Origin: Alphaproteobacteria bacterium
Lineage (GTDB): Bacteria; Pseudomonadota; Alphaproteobacteria; Bin95
DNA: 64,000 bases
Direction: 5' to 3'
Assembly (NCBI GenBank): GCA_965205265.1
Contig: CBDBGH010000003.1
Location: 1,952,001-2,016,000, forward strand
Made by a program: the position numbers and the translations under genes. Position 1 is the stretch's first letter; every line of letters starts with the position of its first letter. Positions 48,440 through 57,980 of the stretch are shown one piece after another. The notes beneath the pieces were generated by a model. It was not told the DNA's origin. It saw nothing but the letters and a program-made list of their open reading frames with translations, and ran no database searches.

Positions 48440-50446
48440 ATGACCAATCTCGTGCAACTGGAGATTCTCGACCGCCGGCCCTTCGCCGAGGGACAGCGGT
48501 TCGGGGAGAGCGGGGCCTATGAGCGCATTGCCGGCCGCGCGCGCTTCCGGGTCGATCCCCTGGCGCCGGCCCAGGCGGGCGTGACGGATATCGCGCTTGC
48601 GCCGAGGGACGGCGAGGGGCTGGTCTTGTTCAGCGCCGATGTCTTCATCCTGCAGCCGGCGGACCCGGCGCTCGGCAACCGGCGGCTGTTCTTCGACTGG
48701 GGCAACCGGGGCAACAAGCGCGCGCTCCAGTATTTCTGCGACGCTGAGCACAGCAACGACCCTGAGACCCCGGCCCATGCCGGCAACGGCTTCCTCTTCC
48801 GGCGCGGCTACACGGTCGTCTTCGGCGCCTGGCAGGGCGACCTCCTGCCGGGCGAGGGCCGGATGCTGCTCGACCTGCCGGTCGCGCGCCATGAGGACGG
48901 GCCGGTGACCGGGCCGGTGCGCACGGAGTTCATCGCCGACGAGCCGGGCGTTACCTGCCTGCCGCTCAGCGGCCGCGGCACGACGCGCTCCCATCCCGCC
49001 GTTTCCCTCGATACGGCGAAGGCGAGCCTCACCATGCGCCCCTATGCGGACGCGCCGCGCCGGCCGGTGCCGGCGGACGAGTGGTCCTTCGCGCGCATCG
49101 ACGCGGGCGGCGGACTGGACGGGCTCGGCCCCGACTGGGGCGTGGCGCCGTCCGACAGCCACATCTTCCTGCCGGACGGCTTCCGGCCCGGCTGGATCTA
49201 CGAACTGGTCTATGAAGGCCGCGACCCACTGGTGATGGGCCTCGGGCATGTCGCCGTGCGCGACCTTGTGAGCTGGCTGCGCTACGAGGAGGGCGTCGGC
49301 AACCCGCTCGGCGGCATCGACCGGGCTTACGGCTACGGGCGCTCGCAGACGGGCCGCGCGATCCGCGATTTCGTCTGGCGGGGCTTCAATGCCGACGCCG
49401 CCGGCCGGCGGGTCTTCGACGGGCTGATGCCGCATGTCTCCGGCGCCGGCGGCAAGTGGCTGAACCAGCGCTTCGCCAATGCCGTGGTCTCGGGCGGCCA
49501 GCAGCATGAGGACCGTTACGCGCCCGCCGACCGTTTCCCCTTCGCCTACAGCCCCTGCACGGACCCGCACAGCCGCCGCAGCGACGCGATCCTGAAGCGG
49601 CCCGACACGGACCCGCTCATCGTCCACACCCAGACCGCGACCGAATACTGGCAGCGGCGCGGCTCGCTGGTCCACACGGACTGCGACGGCAACGATCTCG
49701 CGGAGCCGGAGGGCGTGCGCATCTACCACTGGACGGGTACGCAGCATTCCGCCGACCCCAACCAGCGGGAGCCGCGCCGGGCGGTCTGCGAGAACTGGCT
49801 GAATGTCGCGCAGACCTCGATGCTGTTCCGCGCCATGCTCGACGCGCTCGACCGCTGGGCCGACGGCGGCCCGCCGCCCCCGCCGAGCCGCTATCCCCGC
49901 GTCACGGACGATACGCTCGTGCCATACGGCACCTGGCGGGAGCAATTCCCGGCGATCCCCGGCAGGGCCGTGCCGCAATCGCCTAACCTCATGCCGGCGC
50001 TCGATTTCGGCCCACGCACCGAGGAGGGGATTCTCGACAGGGAGCCGCCGGAAGTGCTGGCCGAGGAGGGCTATCCCGTGCTGGTGCCGGCGGTCGATGC
50101 CGACGGCAACGAGACCGCCGGCGTGCGCGCGCCGATGATCGCAGCACCCGTCGGCACCTTCGCCGGCTGGAATATCCGCCGTCGCGGCGTTGGCGGCGGC
50201 GCGATGCACGAGTTTTCGGGCAGCTACATCCCCTTTCCCGACACGCCGGAGGAACGCGCAGCGACGGGCGACCCCCGCCCTTCCCTGCTGGAGCGTTACG
50301 GCGACGCGGCCAGCTATCTGCGGGCCGTCGAGGCGGCGGCGCGGACGCTCATCGAGGAAGGGTTCATGCTGGAGGAGGACCTGCCGCGCGTTCTGGCCCG
50401 CGCGGAGGACTGGGGCCGGCCGCTGACCGATGTGCGGCTTCCCTGA
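48440..50446 (+). CDS. large alpha/beta-hydrolase-domain protein of unknown function (668 aa)
   Basis: FGESGAYERI, NRGNK, GWIYELVY, GLGHVAVRD, nucleophile-elbow-like GYGRSQTGR, EYWQRRGSL, GTQH, VDADGNE, SLLERY. Confidence 0.72.
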   Translation: MTNLVQLEILDRRPFAEGQRFGESGAYERIAGRARFRVDPLAPAQAGVTDIALAPRDGEGLVLFSADVFILQPADPALGNRRLFFDWGNRGNKRALQYFCDAEHSNDPETPAHAGNGFLFRRGYTVVFGAWQGDLLPGEGRMLLDLPVARHEDGPVTGPVRTEFIADEPGVTCLPLSGRGTTRSHPAVSLDTAKASLTMRPYADAPRRPVPADEWSFARIDAGGGLDGLGPDWGVAPSDSHIFLPDGFRPGWIYELVYEGRDPLVMGLGHVAVRDLVSWLRYEEGVGNPLGGIDRAYGYGRSQTGRAIRDFVWRGFNADAAGRRVFDGLMPHVSGAGGKWLNQRFANAVVSGGQQHEDRYAPADRFPFAYSPCTDPHSRRSDAILKRPDTDPLIVHTQTATEYWQRRGSLVHTDCDGNDLAEPEGVRIYHWTGTQHSADPNQREPRRAVCENWLNVAQTSMLFRAMLDALDRWADGGPPPPPSRYPRVTDDTLVPYGTWREQFPAIPGRAVPQSPNLMPALDFGPRTEEGILDREPPEVLAEEGYPVLVPAVDADGNETAGVRAPMIAAPVGTFAGWNIRRRGVGGGAMHEFSGSYIPFPDTPEERAATGDPRPSLLERYGDAASYLRAVEAAARTLIEEGFMLEEDLPRVLARAEDWGRPLTDVRLP

Positions 50447-50452
50447 CCGGCG

Positions 50453-51259
50453 ATGGCCTTTCCCCTCGACCATACCGGGCAGATGCGCGCCGATCTCGAT
50501 GCGGGCGCCGCCGCCTGGGAGCGCCTGGGTTTCCTGCTCTCCCCGGAAACGCCGCAGCAGGGCGCCGTTCCGGGAACAGGCGGCATGCAGCCCTGGGCCA
50601 CGGCCAACCGCTGCGCGCTGTTCCGCGAGGGCTATCTGGAGCTGATCGGCATTCGCGCGCCCGACAGGTTCAACCCCTGGGCGCATTTCATCGCCCGGCA
50701 CGAGGGCATCCACATCGCGGCCTTCCGCTGCGCGTCGGCGGACGGGGCCTGGCCCGACATGGCGGCGCTGGGCTTCGCCCCGCCGGTGCAGCGCGCCCGC
50801 TCGACGCCGGCGGGAGAGATGCGCTTCCGCAATATCTTCTCCGAGGACGCAAGCTGGCCCGAGGGGCGCATCATCGTCATCGAGCACCAGACGCCGGACG
50901 TGCTGTGGCGGCCGGAACTGCTGGAGCATCCGAACGGCGCCCGCGCGCTCAGGCAATGCCTGTTCGTCTCGGACAGTCCCGACGAACTGGCGGCCCGGCT
51001 CGCCGGCTTCGGCGCGGACTCCGCCGGCTATGCGGTGCTGTCCGCCGCGGCGTATGCGGACCAGTTCCCCGGCGAGGCCGCGCCGCCCCTGCCCTGCATG
51101 GCCGGGCATGTCATCGCCTTCGCCGACCCCGAGCGGGCCATTCGCCTGATAGAAGGCAATGGTGTGCCCGTGAAGCGGGACAGCCTCGGGCGGGCCTTTG
51201 TCGGCCGGGCGCACAATAACGGCGCGGTCATGGTGCTGATTGAGGGCCGCCCCGCCTGA
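50453..51259 (+). CDS. glyoxalase-like (VOC) domain protein
   Basis: LDH, LGF, TANRCALF..GYLELIG, IEHQTP, HPNGA. Confidence 0.8.
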   Translation: MAFPLDHTGQMRADLDAGAAAWERLGFLLSPETPQQGAVPGTGGMQPWATANRCALFREGYLELIGIRAPDRFNPWAHFIARHEGIHIAAFRCASADGAWPDMAALGFAPPVQRARSTPAGEMRFRNIFSEDASWPEGRIIVIEHQTPDVLWRPELLEHPNGARALRQCLFVSDSPDELAARLAGFGADSAGYAVLSAAAYADQFPGEAAPPLPCMAGHVIAFADPERAIRLIEGNGVPVKRDSLGRAFVGRAHNNGAVMVLIEGRPA

Positions 51260-51295
51260 CGGCATAATCGCGCCGCTCCAGCGAAGGGAGAGGCC

Positions 51296-52456
51296 ATGAC
51301 GGGGGAACGGTTCCGCTTCCCGAGGGTCGAGTTCGGCCCGGAGGAACGGGCGCTCAGGGAGGAAGTCCGCGACTTCATCCGTTCCGAGCGGGAGTCGGGC
51401 GGCTTCACGCCCATGGCGGACAGCTGGGGCTCCGGCTGGTCGCCCGAATGGTCGCGCAAGATGGGCGAACGCGGCTGGCTCGGCATGATGTGGCCGAAGC
51501 AATATGGCGGCGGCGAGCGCCCGGCGCTGCACCGCTATATCGTGACCGAGGAGATGGTGTCCGCCGGCGCGCCCTGCGCCGCGCACTGGGTCGCCGACCG
51601 CCAGTCCGGGCCGCTGCTGCTGCGCTACGGCACGGAGGAGCAGCGGCGCTCGATCCTGCCGCGCATCGCCGCCGGGGAATGCTATTTCGCCATCGGCATG
51701 AGCGAGCCGGACTCCGGCTCCGACCTCGCTTCGGTCCGCACCGCGGCCACAAAGGTCGATGGCGGTTGGACGATAAACGGGCGCAAGATCTGGTCTTCCG
51801 GCGCGCACCGCTCGCATTACATGATCGCACTGGTCCGCACCCGGCCCCGCGACATGAAGGCCCGCCATGCCGGCCTGACACAGTTCCTGATCGACCTCAA
51901 GTCGCCCGGCATCGAGATACGCGGCATCCGCAATATCGCCGGCGAGCGCCATTTCAACGAGACCGTGTTCGACGATGCGTTCGTGCCGGACGACATGGCG
52001 ATCGGCGAGGTGGGCGACGGCTGGCGGCAGGTCACAAGCGAGCTCGCCATCGAACGCTCCGGGCCGGAACGGTTCCTCTCCACCTTCCCGGTGCTGACCG
52101 AGCTGGTGCGGGAACTCGGTCCCGAGCCCGGCGAGAGGGACGCGGAAACGGTCGGCGCGCTGGCGGCACGGACCATGGCGCTCCGGCGCATGTCGCTCGG
52201 CGTCTCGAAGCTGCTGGACGAAGGCGAGGCGCCGGAAGTCGCCGCCGCGCTCGTCAAGGACATGGGCACGCGCTTCGAGGGCGAACTGGTGCGCGAGGCC
52301 CGGAACCTCCTGCCGGCGCAGGCCGCGAGCCAGTCCCCGGACCTCTACGGCAAGGTGCTGGCGGACGGCGTGCTGCATGTGCCCTCCTCCACCATTCGCG
52401 GCGGCACCAACGAGGTGCTGAAGGGCATCGTCGCGCGGGAGCTGGGCCTTCGATGA
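51296..52456 (+). CDS. acyl-CoA dehydrogenase (full-length subunit)
   Basis: GMSEPDSGSDLAS, NGRKIWSS, FNETVFDD, ELAIERSG, TIRGGTNEV. Confidence 0.92.
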   Translation: MTGERFRFPRVEFGPEERALREEVRDFIRSERESGGFTPMADSWGSGWSPEWSRKMGERGWLGMMWPKQYGGGERPALHRYIVTEEMVSAGAPCAAHWVADRQSGPLLLRYGTEEQRRSILPRIAAGECYFAIGMSEPDSGSDLASVRTAATKVDGGWTINGRKIWSSGAHRSHYMIALVRTRPRDMKARHAGLTQFLIDLKSPGIEIRGIRNIAGERHFNETVFDDAFVPDDMAIGEVGDGWRQVTSELAIERSGPERFLSTFPVLTELVRELGPEPGERDAETVGALAARTMALRRMSLGVSKLLDEGEAPEVAAALVKDMGTRFEGELVREARNLLPAQAASQSPDLYGKVLADGVLHVPSSTIRGGTNEVLKGIVARELGLR

Positions 52457-53502
52457 GCGACCGTATCGTCCTCGACACGGCGGAGCGCATCCTCGCCGAC
52501 CTCTGCCCGCCTGAGGTCGTCAACGACGCGGAGAACGGCGTCTGGCCGGCAGCGCTTTGGGAGGCGCTGGAGGAAAGCGGCCTCACCCTCGCCTGGGTTT
52601 GCGAAGAGCTCGGCGGCGGGGGAGCGGATGTCGGAGACGGCTTCGATATCCTGAAGGCAGCCGGCGCCTGGGCGGCTCCCGTTCCGTTGGCCGAAACGCT
52701 GCTGGCGGGCTGGCTTCTCGAACGGGTGGGCCTTGCCCCGGCGGTCGGCCCCATGACGGTGGCCCCGGTCGGCCCGGCCGACACCGTCGAGCTCTCAGGC
52801 GGCGTGCTCTCCGGCACGGCGCGGCAAGTGCCCTTCGCGCGCCAGGCCGGGCATGTCGCGCTGCTGGCGGCGGGCCGCATCCTTCTCGTCGAGCGGGAGG
52901 CCTGCGCGCTGGTGCCGGGAACGAGCCTTGCCGGCGAGGCGCGCGACGACATCGCGTTCGACGGCGTGCACCCGCTGCGCTCGGCCCCGGCGCCCGAGGG
53001 ACTCGACCGGGACCGCCCGATGCTTGTCGGTGCGGCGATCCGCGCGGCGCAGATGGCAGGCGCGCTTTCCCGGCTGCTCGACCAGTCGGTGCAATACGCG
53101 CAGGAGCGCGAGCAGTTCGGCCGGCCCATCGGTCGCTTCCAGGCGGTGCAACATGCGCTGGCGGAGCTCGCCGGCGAGGCAGCCGCGGCCGAAGCGGCGG
53201 CGGACGCCGCGGGCGAGGCCGTCGCGGCCGGGGATTTCGGCCCTGCCGGCGTCGCGGCGATTGCGGCGGCCAAGGCGCGCGTCGGCGAGGCGGCGTCGAA
53301 GGGCGCCGCCATCGCGCACCAGGTCCACGGCGCGATGGGCTTCACTTACGAACATTCCCTGCACCACCGCACGAGGCGGCTCTGGTGCTGGCGGGACGAG
53401 TTCGGCAATGAGCGCTTTTGGTCGGTCCGGCTCGGCCGCCTGATTGCCGAGAAGGGAGCCGACGCGCTCTGGCCCTTCGTGACCGGGAGCCATGCGGCGT
53501 GA
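52453..53502 (+). CDS. acyl-CoA dehydrogenase (short partner subunit)
   Basis: YAQEREQFGRPIGRFQAVQHALA, AHQVHGAMGFTYE; lacks the SEP..GSD motif. ATGA-coupled to the upstream ACAD. Confidence 0.88.
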   Translation: MSDRIVLDTAERILADLCPPEVVNDAENGVWPAALWEALEESGLTLAWVCEELGGGGADVGDGFDILKAAGAWAAPVPLAETLLAGWLLERVGLAPAVGPMTVAPVGPADTVELSGGVLSGTARQVPFARQAGHVALLAAGRILLVEREACALVPGTSLAGEARDDIAFDGVHPLRSAPAPEGLDRDRPMLVGAAIRAAQMAGALSRLLDQSVQYAQEREQFGRPIGRFQAVQHALAELAGEAAAAEAAADAAGEAVAAGDFGPAGVAAIAAAKARVGEAASKGAAIAHQVHGAMGFTYEHSLHHRTRRLWCWRDEFGNERFWSVRLGRLIAEKGADALWPFVTGSHAA

Positions 53503-55253
53503 GCGACCGTCGGGAGGCGGCCGACTCGCTCCGGGCCGAACTGCGCCGGCGCGGCCTCGACGGCTTCGTGGTGCCGCGCGCGGATGAGCACCAGGGCGAA
53601 TATGTGCCGCCGAGCGCGGCGCGGCTCGCCTGGCTGACCGGCTTTACCGGCTCGGCCGGGGTCGCCGTCCTGCTGCTCGAAAAGGCCGCGGTCTTCAGCG
53701 ACGGCCGTTACACGCTGCAAATGCCGGAACAGGTCGATACCGAACTCTTCGAGTGCCGCCATATCGGCGACGATCCGCCGGCGGAGTGGATCGCGGCGAA
53801 CCTGCCGGCGGAGGGCGCGCTCGGCTACGACCCCTGGCTGCATGTGGAGGGCGAGGTCCGCAAGTTCGAGGAGGCGGCCGGCAAGGCCGGCGGCCGGCTG
53901 GTCGCCTGCGAGGACAACCCGCTGGATGCGGTCTGGGCCGAACGGCCCGCCCCGCCGGCCGCGCCGGTCGTCGCGCATGACATCGCCCATGCCGGCCGGG
54001 ACTCCGCCGACAAGCGCCGCGAACTGGCCGCCGCGCTTGCCGGGGCCGGCCGCGACGCCGCCGTGCTGACCCTGCCGGACTCCATCGCGTGGCTGTTGAA
54101 TGTGCGCGGCGGCGATGTCTCCCACACGCCGCTGCCGCTCTCTTTCGCGCTGCTGGACCGCGAAGGCCGGGTGGAGCTGTTCGTCGATCCGGCCAAGCCC
54201 GCGCCGGGCCTTGGCGAGCATCTCGGCAACGAGGTGTCGCTGGCGCCGCCGGAGGCATTCGGGCCGGCGCTCGACGCGCTGGCGGCCAGGACGGTGCTGG
54301 TCGATGCCGCCAGCGCGCCGGCCTGGGTCCTCTCGCGGCTGGAAGCGGCGGGCGCGGCGATCGAACGCGGGCGCGACCCCTGCATCCTGCCCAAGGCCTG
54401 CAAGAACGAGGGCGAGATCGCGGGGACGCGGGCCGCGCACCGCCGCGACGCCGGGGCGATGGCGGACTTCCTCGCCTGGCTCGACCGCGAAGGCCCCTCG
54501 GGCCGGCAGACGGAGCTTTCCGCCGCCGCGCAGTTGCACGGCTGCCGCAAGAAGCTGCCGCTCTTCCGCGATCTCAGCTTCCCGACGATCTCCGGCGCGG
54601 GACCCAACGGCGCCATCGTCCATTACGGCGTGACCGAGGCCACCGACCGGGTGCTCGCGCCGGGCATGCTCTATCTGGTCGATTCCGGCGCGCAGTTCCT
54701 CGACGGCACGACCGACATCACCCGCACGGTCGCCATCGGGACCCCGACGGAGCACGAGCGCGCCTGCTTCACGCGCGTGCTGAAGGGGCATATTGCGCTC
54801 GCCACGGCGCGGTTTCCCGAGGGGACCACCGGCGCCCAGCTGGACGCGCTCGCCCGCGCGCCGCTCTGGCAGGGAGGGCTCGATTTCGACCACGGCACGG
54901 GCCACGGCGTCGGCAGCTACCTCTCCGTGCATGAGGGACCCCAGCGCGTCGCCCGCAGCGGCAACGAGCCCCTGCTTGCGGGCATGATCGTCTCAAACGA
55001 GCCCGGCTATTACGAAACGGGGGCGTTCGGCATCCGCATCGAGAACCTGTTGCTGGTGCGCGGGGACCCCGATTTCCCGGAGATGCTGAGTTTCGAGACG
55101 CTGACCTTCGCGCCCATCGACCGCCGCCTGATCGACATCGCGCTCCTCACGCCCGCCGAACGCGACTGGCTGAACGCCTACCACGCCCAGGTGCGCGAGA
55201 TTGCCGCCTGCGAGGACCCGCTCTGGCTCGAAGCCGCCACCGCCCCGATCTGA
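53499..55253 (+). CDS. Xaa-Pro aminopeptidase (aminopeptidase P family)
   Basis: DEHQGEY, WLTGFTGSAG, DGRY, DSGAQF..GTTDITRT, HGTGHGVG, HEGP, SNEPGYY, GIRIEN. Confidence 0.95.
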   Translation: MSDRREAADSLRAELRRRGLDGFVVPRADEHQGEYVPPSAARLAWLTGFTGSAGVAVLLLEKAAVFSDGRYTLQMPEQVDTELFECRHIGDDPPAEWIAANLPAEGALGYDPWLHVEGEVRKFEEAAGKAGGRLVACEDNPLDAVWAERPAPPAAPVVAHDIAHAGRDSADKRRELAAALAGAGRDAAVLTLPDSIAWLLNVRGGDVSHTPLPLSFALLDREGRVELFVDPAKPAPGLGEHLGNEVSLAPPEAFGPALDALAARTVLVDAASAPAWVLSRLEAAGAAIERGRDPCILPKACKNEGEIAGTRAAHRRDAGAMADFLAWLDREGPSGRQTELSAAAQLHGCRKKLPLFRDLSFPTISGAGPNGAIVHYGVTEATDRVLAPGMLYLVDSGAQFLDGTTDITRTVAIGTPTEHERACFTRVLKGHIALATARFPEGTTGAQLDALARAPLWQGGLDFDHGTGHGVGSYLSVHEGPQRVARSGNEPLLAGMIVSNEPGYYETGAFGIRIENLLLVRGDPDFPEMLSFETLTFAPIDRRLIDIALLTPAERDWLNAYHAQVREIAACEDPLWLEAATAPI

Positions 55254-55342
55254 GCCCTGCCGGGTTCGCACACATGCGGGTGCTGGCACACGATCCGTTC
55301 CGATAGAACCGCGTTTCGGTCCGAACCCGAACGGAACGTGCT

Positions 55343-56530
55343 CTACCGCAGCGCTCGCCGCACGCGGTATGCGGTGCGGAAAAGGGCGGACATGCCGTTT
55401 GCCAGGCTGAAGAACGGCCGGCGCGCCGGCAGGAATTCGGCGGCGGCGAGGTCCTCAATGGCGTTGAGGGTCCGCCGCACGCCCGTTTCCACCAGCCGGC
55501 GCTTGCGGTCATCGCCGAGGTCCAGCCCGCCGCATACCAGAACCGCGACCGTCAGGAGCGACAGCATGTTCCGCCGGTAAAGCTGCCAGCAGTCCTCGAA
55601 GGTGAAGTCTTCCGCGCCCATGCCGCAGACAATGTCCCGATACTCGCTCAGGGCGTCGCGCTCGATTTCGCGGCGCAGTTCGGTCGGGATGTTGCCGCCG
55701 AGGAAATAGGCGACATCGTAGAGGCCGCTGCCGACAGCGCTGACCTGCCAGTCGATCATGGCGACCTTGTCCCCGCCGCCTGCGTCGAAGAACAGGTTGT
55801 CGAGCCGGACATCGCCGTGTGTGAAGGTGAGCGGCGCTGCGGCGACCTCGCCCAGATAGTCGATCAAGCACAGGCCGTAGGCTTCGACAATCCGGCGCAT
55901 TTCGCCCGTAAAGAGACCGTCGATGCGGTCGAGAGCCGGTGCGAGACTCGCCAGATAGACCAATTGCAGCACCCTGAGGCGTTTCGGGCTGAAGGCGTCG
56001 TGCAGCCCGGCCAGCGGCGGCCGGTCGGTCCTGTTCCAGTAGAAGCCGTGCATCCGCGCGAGCGCACGCACGACTGCCCTCGCCTGTTCGGCGGTCGCGC
56101 CGGCGATCTGGTCCCCTAGCGTCATTCCGCCCCCGCCCAGATCTTCGAGCACCAGGACGAAATCATGGCTCCGCGGCTCGAAGTCGCCGTACAGCAGGGC
56201 CGGCGAGCGGACCGGCGCCTGTGCGCCTATATGCCGGTAGAACTCGTATTCCCGCTTGTAGAGCGACAGGCGCCGGCACAGGCGCAGGCTTTTCGGGTCC
56301 GGGGAGGGCAGTTTGACGACGACGCTTCCGGGCGCCGCATCCGCCTCCCCTTCCCAGGCTATGCGGCAGCGCAGGATTTCCCCCAACAGGCCGAACCCGC
56401 CGCCGATCTCCTCGACCGCGACATCGCGGATCGCCGGAAGGTCCGGTGCGCCGGCGGCAGCCAGCGCCTGCTGCAGCCAGCGGGCATCCACCGCCTTCCC
56501 GCCCGCCGGAATTCCCGGATTTGCCGCCAT
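55343..56530 (-). CDS. EcKinase/DUF1679-like phosphotransferase (APH superfamily)
   Basis: SVVVKLP, REYEFY, LVLEDL, LARMH, HGDVRLDNLFF, IDWQ, YDVAYFL. Confidence 0.85.
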   Translation of the reverse strand: MAANPGIPAGGKAVDARWLQQALAAAGAPDLPAIRDVAVEEIGGGFGLLGEILRCRIAWEGEADAAPGSVVVKLPSPDPKSLRLCRRLSLYKREYEFYRHIGAQAPVRSPALLYGDFEPRSHDFVLVLEDLGGGGMTLGDQIAGATAEQARAVVRALARMHGFYWNRTDRPPLAGLHDAFSPKRLRVLQLVYLASLAPALDRIDGLFTGEMRRIVEAYGLCLIDYLGEVAAAPLTFTHGDVRLDNLFFDAGGGDKVAMIDWQVSAVGSGLYDVAYFLGGNIPTELRREIERDALSEYRDIVCGMGAEDFTFEDCWQLYRRNMLSLLTVAVLVCGGLDLGDDRKRRLVETGVRRTLNAIEDLAAAEFLPARRPFFSLANGMSALFRTAYRVRRALR

Positions 56531-56780
56531 GCCAACTCTTTCCCGCGGGCCGCTCCTTCTGGCGGCAGGACGCAGCCCTGCACGTCCGCCAGCCATCCGC
56601 CAGGCGCAGGAAACGCGCCGGCCGCGAGCCTAATGCAGAACCCGTTCCGACAGAACACATTTCCGGCCCGGCCCGGGACTGGAGCGGGCCCGGCGGGTCG
56701 GACAGTTTCGGGCGGCGGCCTTCTATCCCCCGACGGCGGGGGATAGACTGCACGGCCTGACAGCGGGGAGGGCACGCATC

Positions 56781-57818
56781 ATGGACCGCATCGTTCTCGC
56801 CGGGGCCGCGCAGCCCGGCATGAAGCATCGCCAGGGGCTGTTCCGGCTGGCCGGCGGAGACACAGAGTGGCAACGCGTCAGCCGGGGCCTGCCGGAGGAG
56901 CCGGAAATCCGCGCGCTCGGCTTCGTGGGCGAGAAGGCCTATGCCGGCACGCAGGCCGGACCCTATGTCAGCGAGGACGGAGGCGAGAGCTGGCGCTCGC
57001 TCAACCTGCCGTCGGAGGACCGGACCACATGGTCGGTGATGGCGCGGCCGGGCGACCCGGACACGCTCTATGCCGGCACCACAGGCACCTCCATCTACCG
57101 CAGCACAAACGGCGGCGCGCGCTGGGAGCGGCTTCGGCCGCCCGTGCCGGAGGGGCATTGCGACATGGGCTTCCCGACGCGCGTCATCCGCATGACGGCG
57201 GACCCGAGCGCGCCCGACGAGATTTATGCAGGGTTGGAAGTCGGCGGCGTGCTGCGCTCGCTCGACGGCGGCGACACCTGGGAAAGCTGCAATGCGGACC
57301 TGCTGAGGCTCGCGGGCGAGGAGCACCTGAAGAGCGCCATCGGCTCCGACATGGACAGCGAAGGCATGATGGACACGCACTCGCTGGCGGTCAGCCCCGC
57401 CCTGCCCGGCACTGTGTTCCTGGCGACCCGCATGGGCCTGTTCCGCTCCGACGACCGGGGCGGGACCTGGCGCGAAATGGGCATCGGCGACTACTCGCCG
57501 CTCACCTACGCCCGCGACGTCACGGTCTCGCGGCATGACCCGAAGACGCTTTTCGGCGCGTTCAGCAAGGCCGCCACCAGCGACGCCGGCTCGCTCTGGC
57601 GCAGCACCGACCTCGGCGGGAGCTGGGAGCGGTTCGACAGGGGCGTCGATGTCAACTCCACCCTGATGATCGTGGCCGAAAGCGCTTCCGACCCGGACCG
57701 CGTCTGGTGCGGGGCGCGCGGCGGGCGCACCTTCGGCACGGAGGACGGCGGCGAAAGCTGGGCGCAGGTCGAGCTGCCGGACGAGGTCGGCGGCGTCTAT
57801 GCAATGGCGGCCGCCTGA
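56781..57818 (+). CDS. BNR/Asp-box repeat beta-propeller protein
   Basis: Repeated S/T-x-D-G-G-x-S/T-W boxes (SEDGGESW, STNGGARW, SLDGGDTW, SDDRGGTW, STDLGGSW, TEDGGESW); no signal peptide evident. Confidence 0.85.
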   Translation: MDRIVLAGAAQPGMKHRQGLFRLAGGDTEWQRVSRGLPEEPEIRALGFVGEKAYAGTQAGPYVSEDGGESWRSLNLPSEDRTTWSVMARPGDPDTLYAGTTGTSIYRSTNGGARWERLRPPVPEGHCDMGFPTRVIRMTADPSAPDEIYAGLEVGGVLRSLDGGDTWESCNADLLRLAGEEHLKSAIGSDMDSEGMMDTHSLAVSPALPGTVFLATRMGLFRSDDRGGTWREMGIGDYSPLTYARDVTVSRHDPKTLFGAFSKAATSDAGSLWRSTDLGGSWERFDRGVDVNSTLMIVAESASDPDRVWCGARGGRTFGTEDGGESWAQVELPDEVGGVYAMAAA

Positions 57819-57863
57819 GGGACAGCGCCGCGCTCTTCCCGTCATGTCTGCGCGCTGTCCCTC

Positions 57864-57949
57864 CGTCATGCCCGGACTTGTTCCGGGCATCCACTTCCAC
57901 CGCCGTAACGACCCCGACGGAGATGCCCGGAACAAGTCCGGGCATGACG
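57864..57949. repeat. CGTC-tagged double-palindrome repeat, copy C
   Basis: CGTCATGCCCGGACTTGTTCCGGGCATC...GATGCCCGGAACAAGTCCGGGCATGACG. Confidence 0.9.
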
Positions 57950-57980
57950 GGAAGAGGGTCGGGACACCGGGCCCGCGCCT

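Noticed and set aside
48380-52378. Very long antisense ORFs (1332 aa here; also 22438-25029, 56163-58913, 20262-22466)
   Set aside because: Shadow frames of real genes in high-GC DNA; no recognisable motifs.
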